27,662 nucleotides of DNA from Bdellovibrionota bacterium FG-1 (lineage in GTDB: Bacteria > Bdellovibrionota > UBA1018): the NCBI GenBank assembly GCA_051382295.1, contig JBBCAW010000059.1, positions 1 to 27,662 of the forward strand, in the 5' to 3' direction. The notes beneath the pieces were generated by a model, which saw only the letters and a program-made list of their open reading frames with translations, did no database searches and was not told the DNA's origin. Both the position numbers and the translations under genes were made by a program. Position 1 is the first letter of the stretch. Every line of letters begins with the position of its first letter. Shown in pieces: positions 27,322 to 27,662 of this stretch.

Positions 27322-27327
27322 TGGAGG

Positions 27328-27662
27328 CGTATTGCCTCATAAAGAGATGATACCGAATTAATAAGTGGTCTGGATTTATCAAGTTTCAAGAGTTTCTGTA
27401 TCATGATGCCTGCCTTATCTTGGTCTTTTTGAGTTCCTTAAAAAAGACTTCTAGCTTGGTCTCCAGGTCAGCCTTGAGCTTGAAGGGATTCAATGTCGCT
27501 TTTCTTTCCCGCAACCTCTCCTTTCTCTCTTCGGCAAGGTGCGGACTTTTCATTAATCTTTCGTAAGGCGTCAAAGGTTTGTCGTATTTCTTCACGATGC
27601 GGGCGCCGATTCGAATTTTTTCTTTAAGCTTGAATGTCGGAATGAAAAAGTTGAGCAGCGGA
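27328..27662 (-). mobile_element. Right part of an insertion sequence (rve-type DDE transposase, ISNCY-like)
   Basis: Transposase C-terminus followed by an end-like motif CGGTATCATCTCTTTATGAGGCAATACG; exact boundary inferred. Confidence 0.7.
27401..27661 (-). CDS. C-terminus of integrase-core (rve) transposase, partial
   Basis: PLLNFFIPTFKLKEKIRIGARIVKKYDKPLTPYERL...LNPFKL, recognised as the C-terminal pattern of this transposase family. Confidence 0.8.
   Translation of the reverse strand, partial: PLLNFFIPTFKLKEKIRIGARIVKKYDKPLTPYERLMKSPHLAEERKERLRERKATLNPFKLKADLETKLEVFFKELKKTKIRQAS

Larger units (their letters stand above)
23693..27662. mobile_element. Integrative element (prophage, satellite or genomic island) at tRNA-Leu, extending beyond the window
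   Basis: Integrase stop codon lies 60 bp from the tRNA 3' end, with an excisionase and co-oriented unknown ORFs upstream of the integrase; second att site not in the window. Confidence 0.85.

Overview
About 27.7 kb of bacterial chromosome at roughly 50% GC. The gene content (orphan family-5 solute-binding lipoprotein beside a hybrid kinase, multiheme cytochrome, many orphan secreted proteins, sigma54-type promoters) suggests Bdellovibrionota/Oligoflexia; this is inference only. The left ~2.3 kb is a cluster of fragments: a 5'-truncated secreted-type gene, a frameshifted and truncated Abi_2 (AbiD/AbiF-like) gene with an adjacent structured hairpin+U-tract, a 3' fragment of outer-membrane phospholipase A, and a tRNA-Pro-like 3' fragment. 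tRNA-Glu(TTC) follows. The middle carries GST, an EamA/AUR1-like PAP2/GtrA cluster, a class III aminotransferase, an M28/M42-type peptidase, YihY, a divergent SBP5 and HK-REC-REC pair, a 20-heme cytochrome c, a Fic protein, a PaaI thioesterase and a four-gene secreted phosphoesterase cluster. The right end is an integrative element at tRNA-Leu(CAA) (tyrosine integrase, excisionase, four unknown genes) that runs out of the window and contains the end of an rve-type IS. All calls come from motif recognition by eye; no searches were run.
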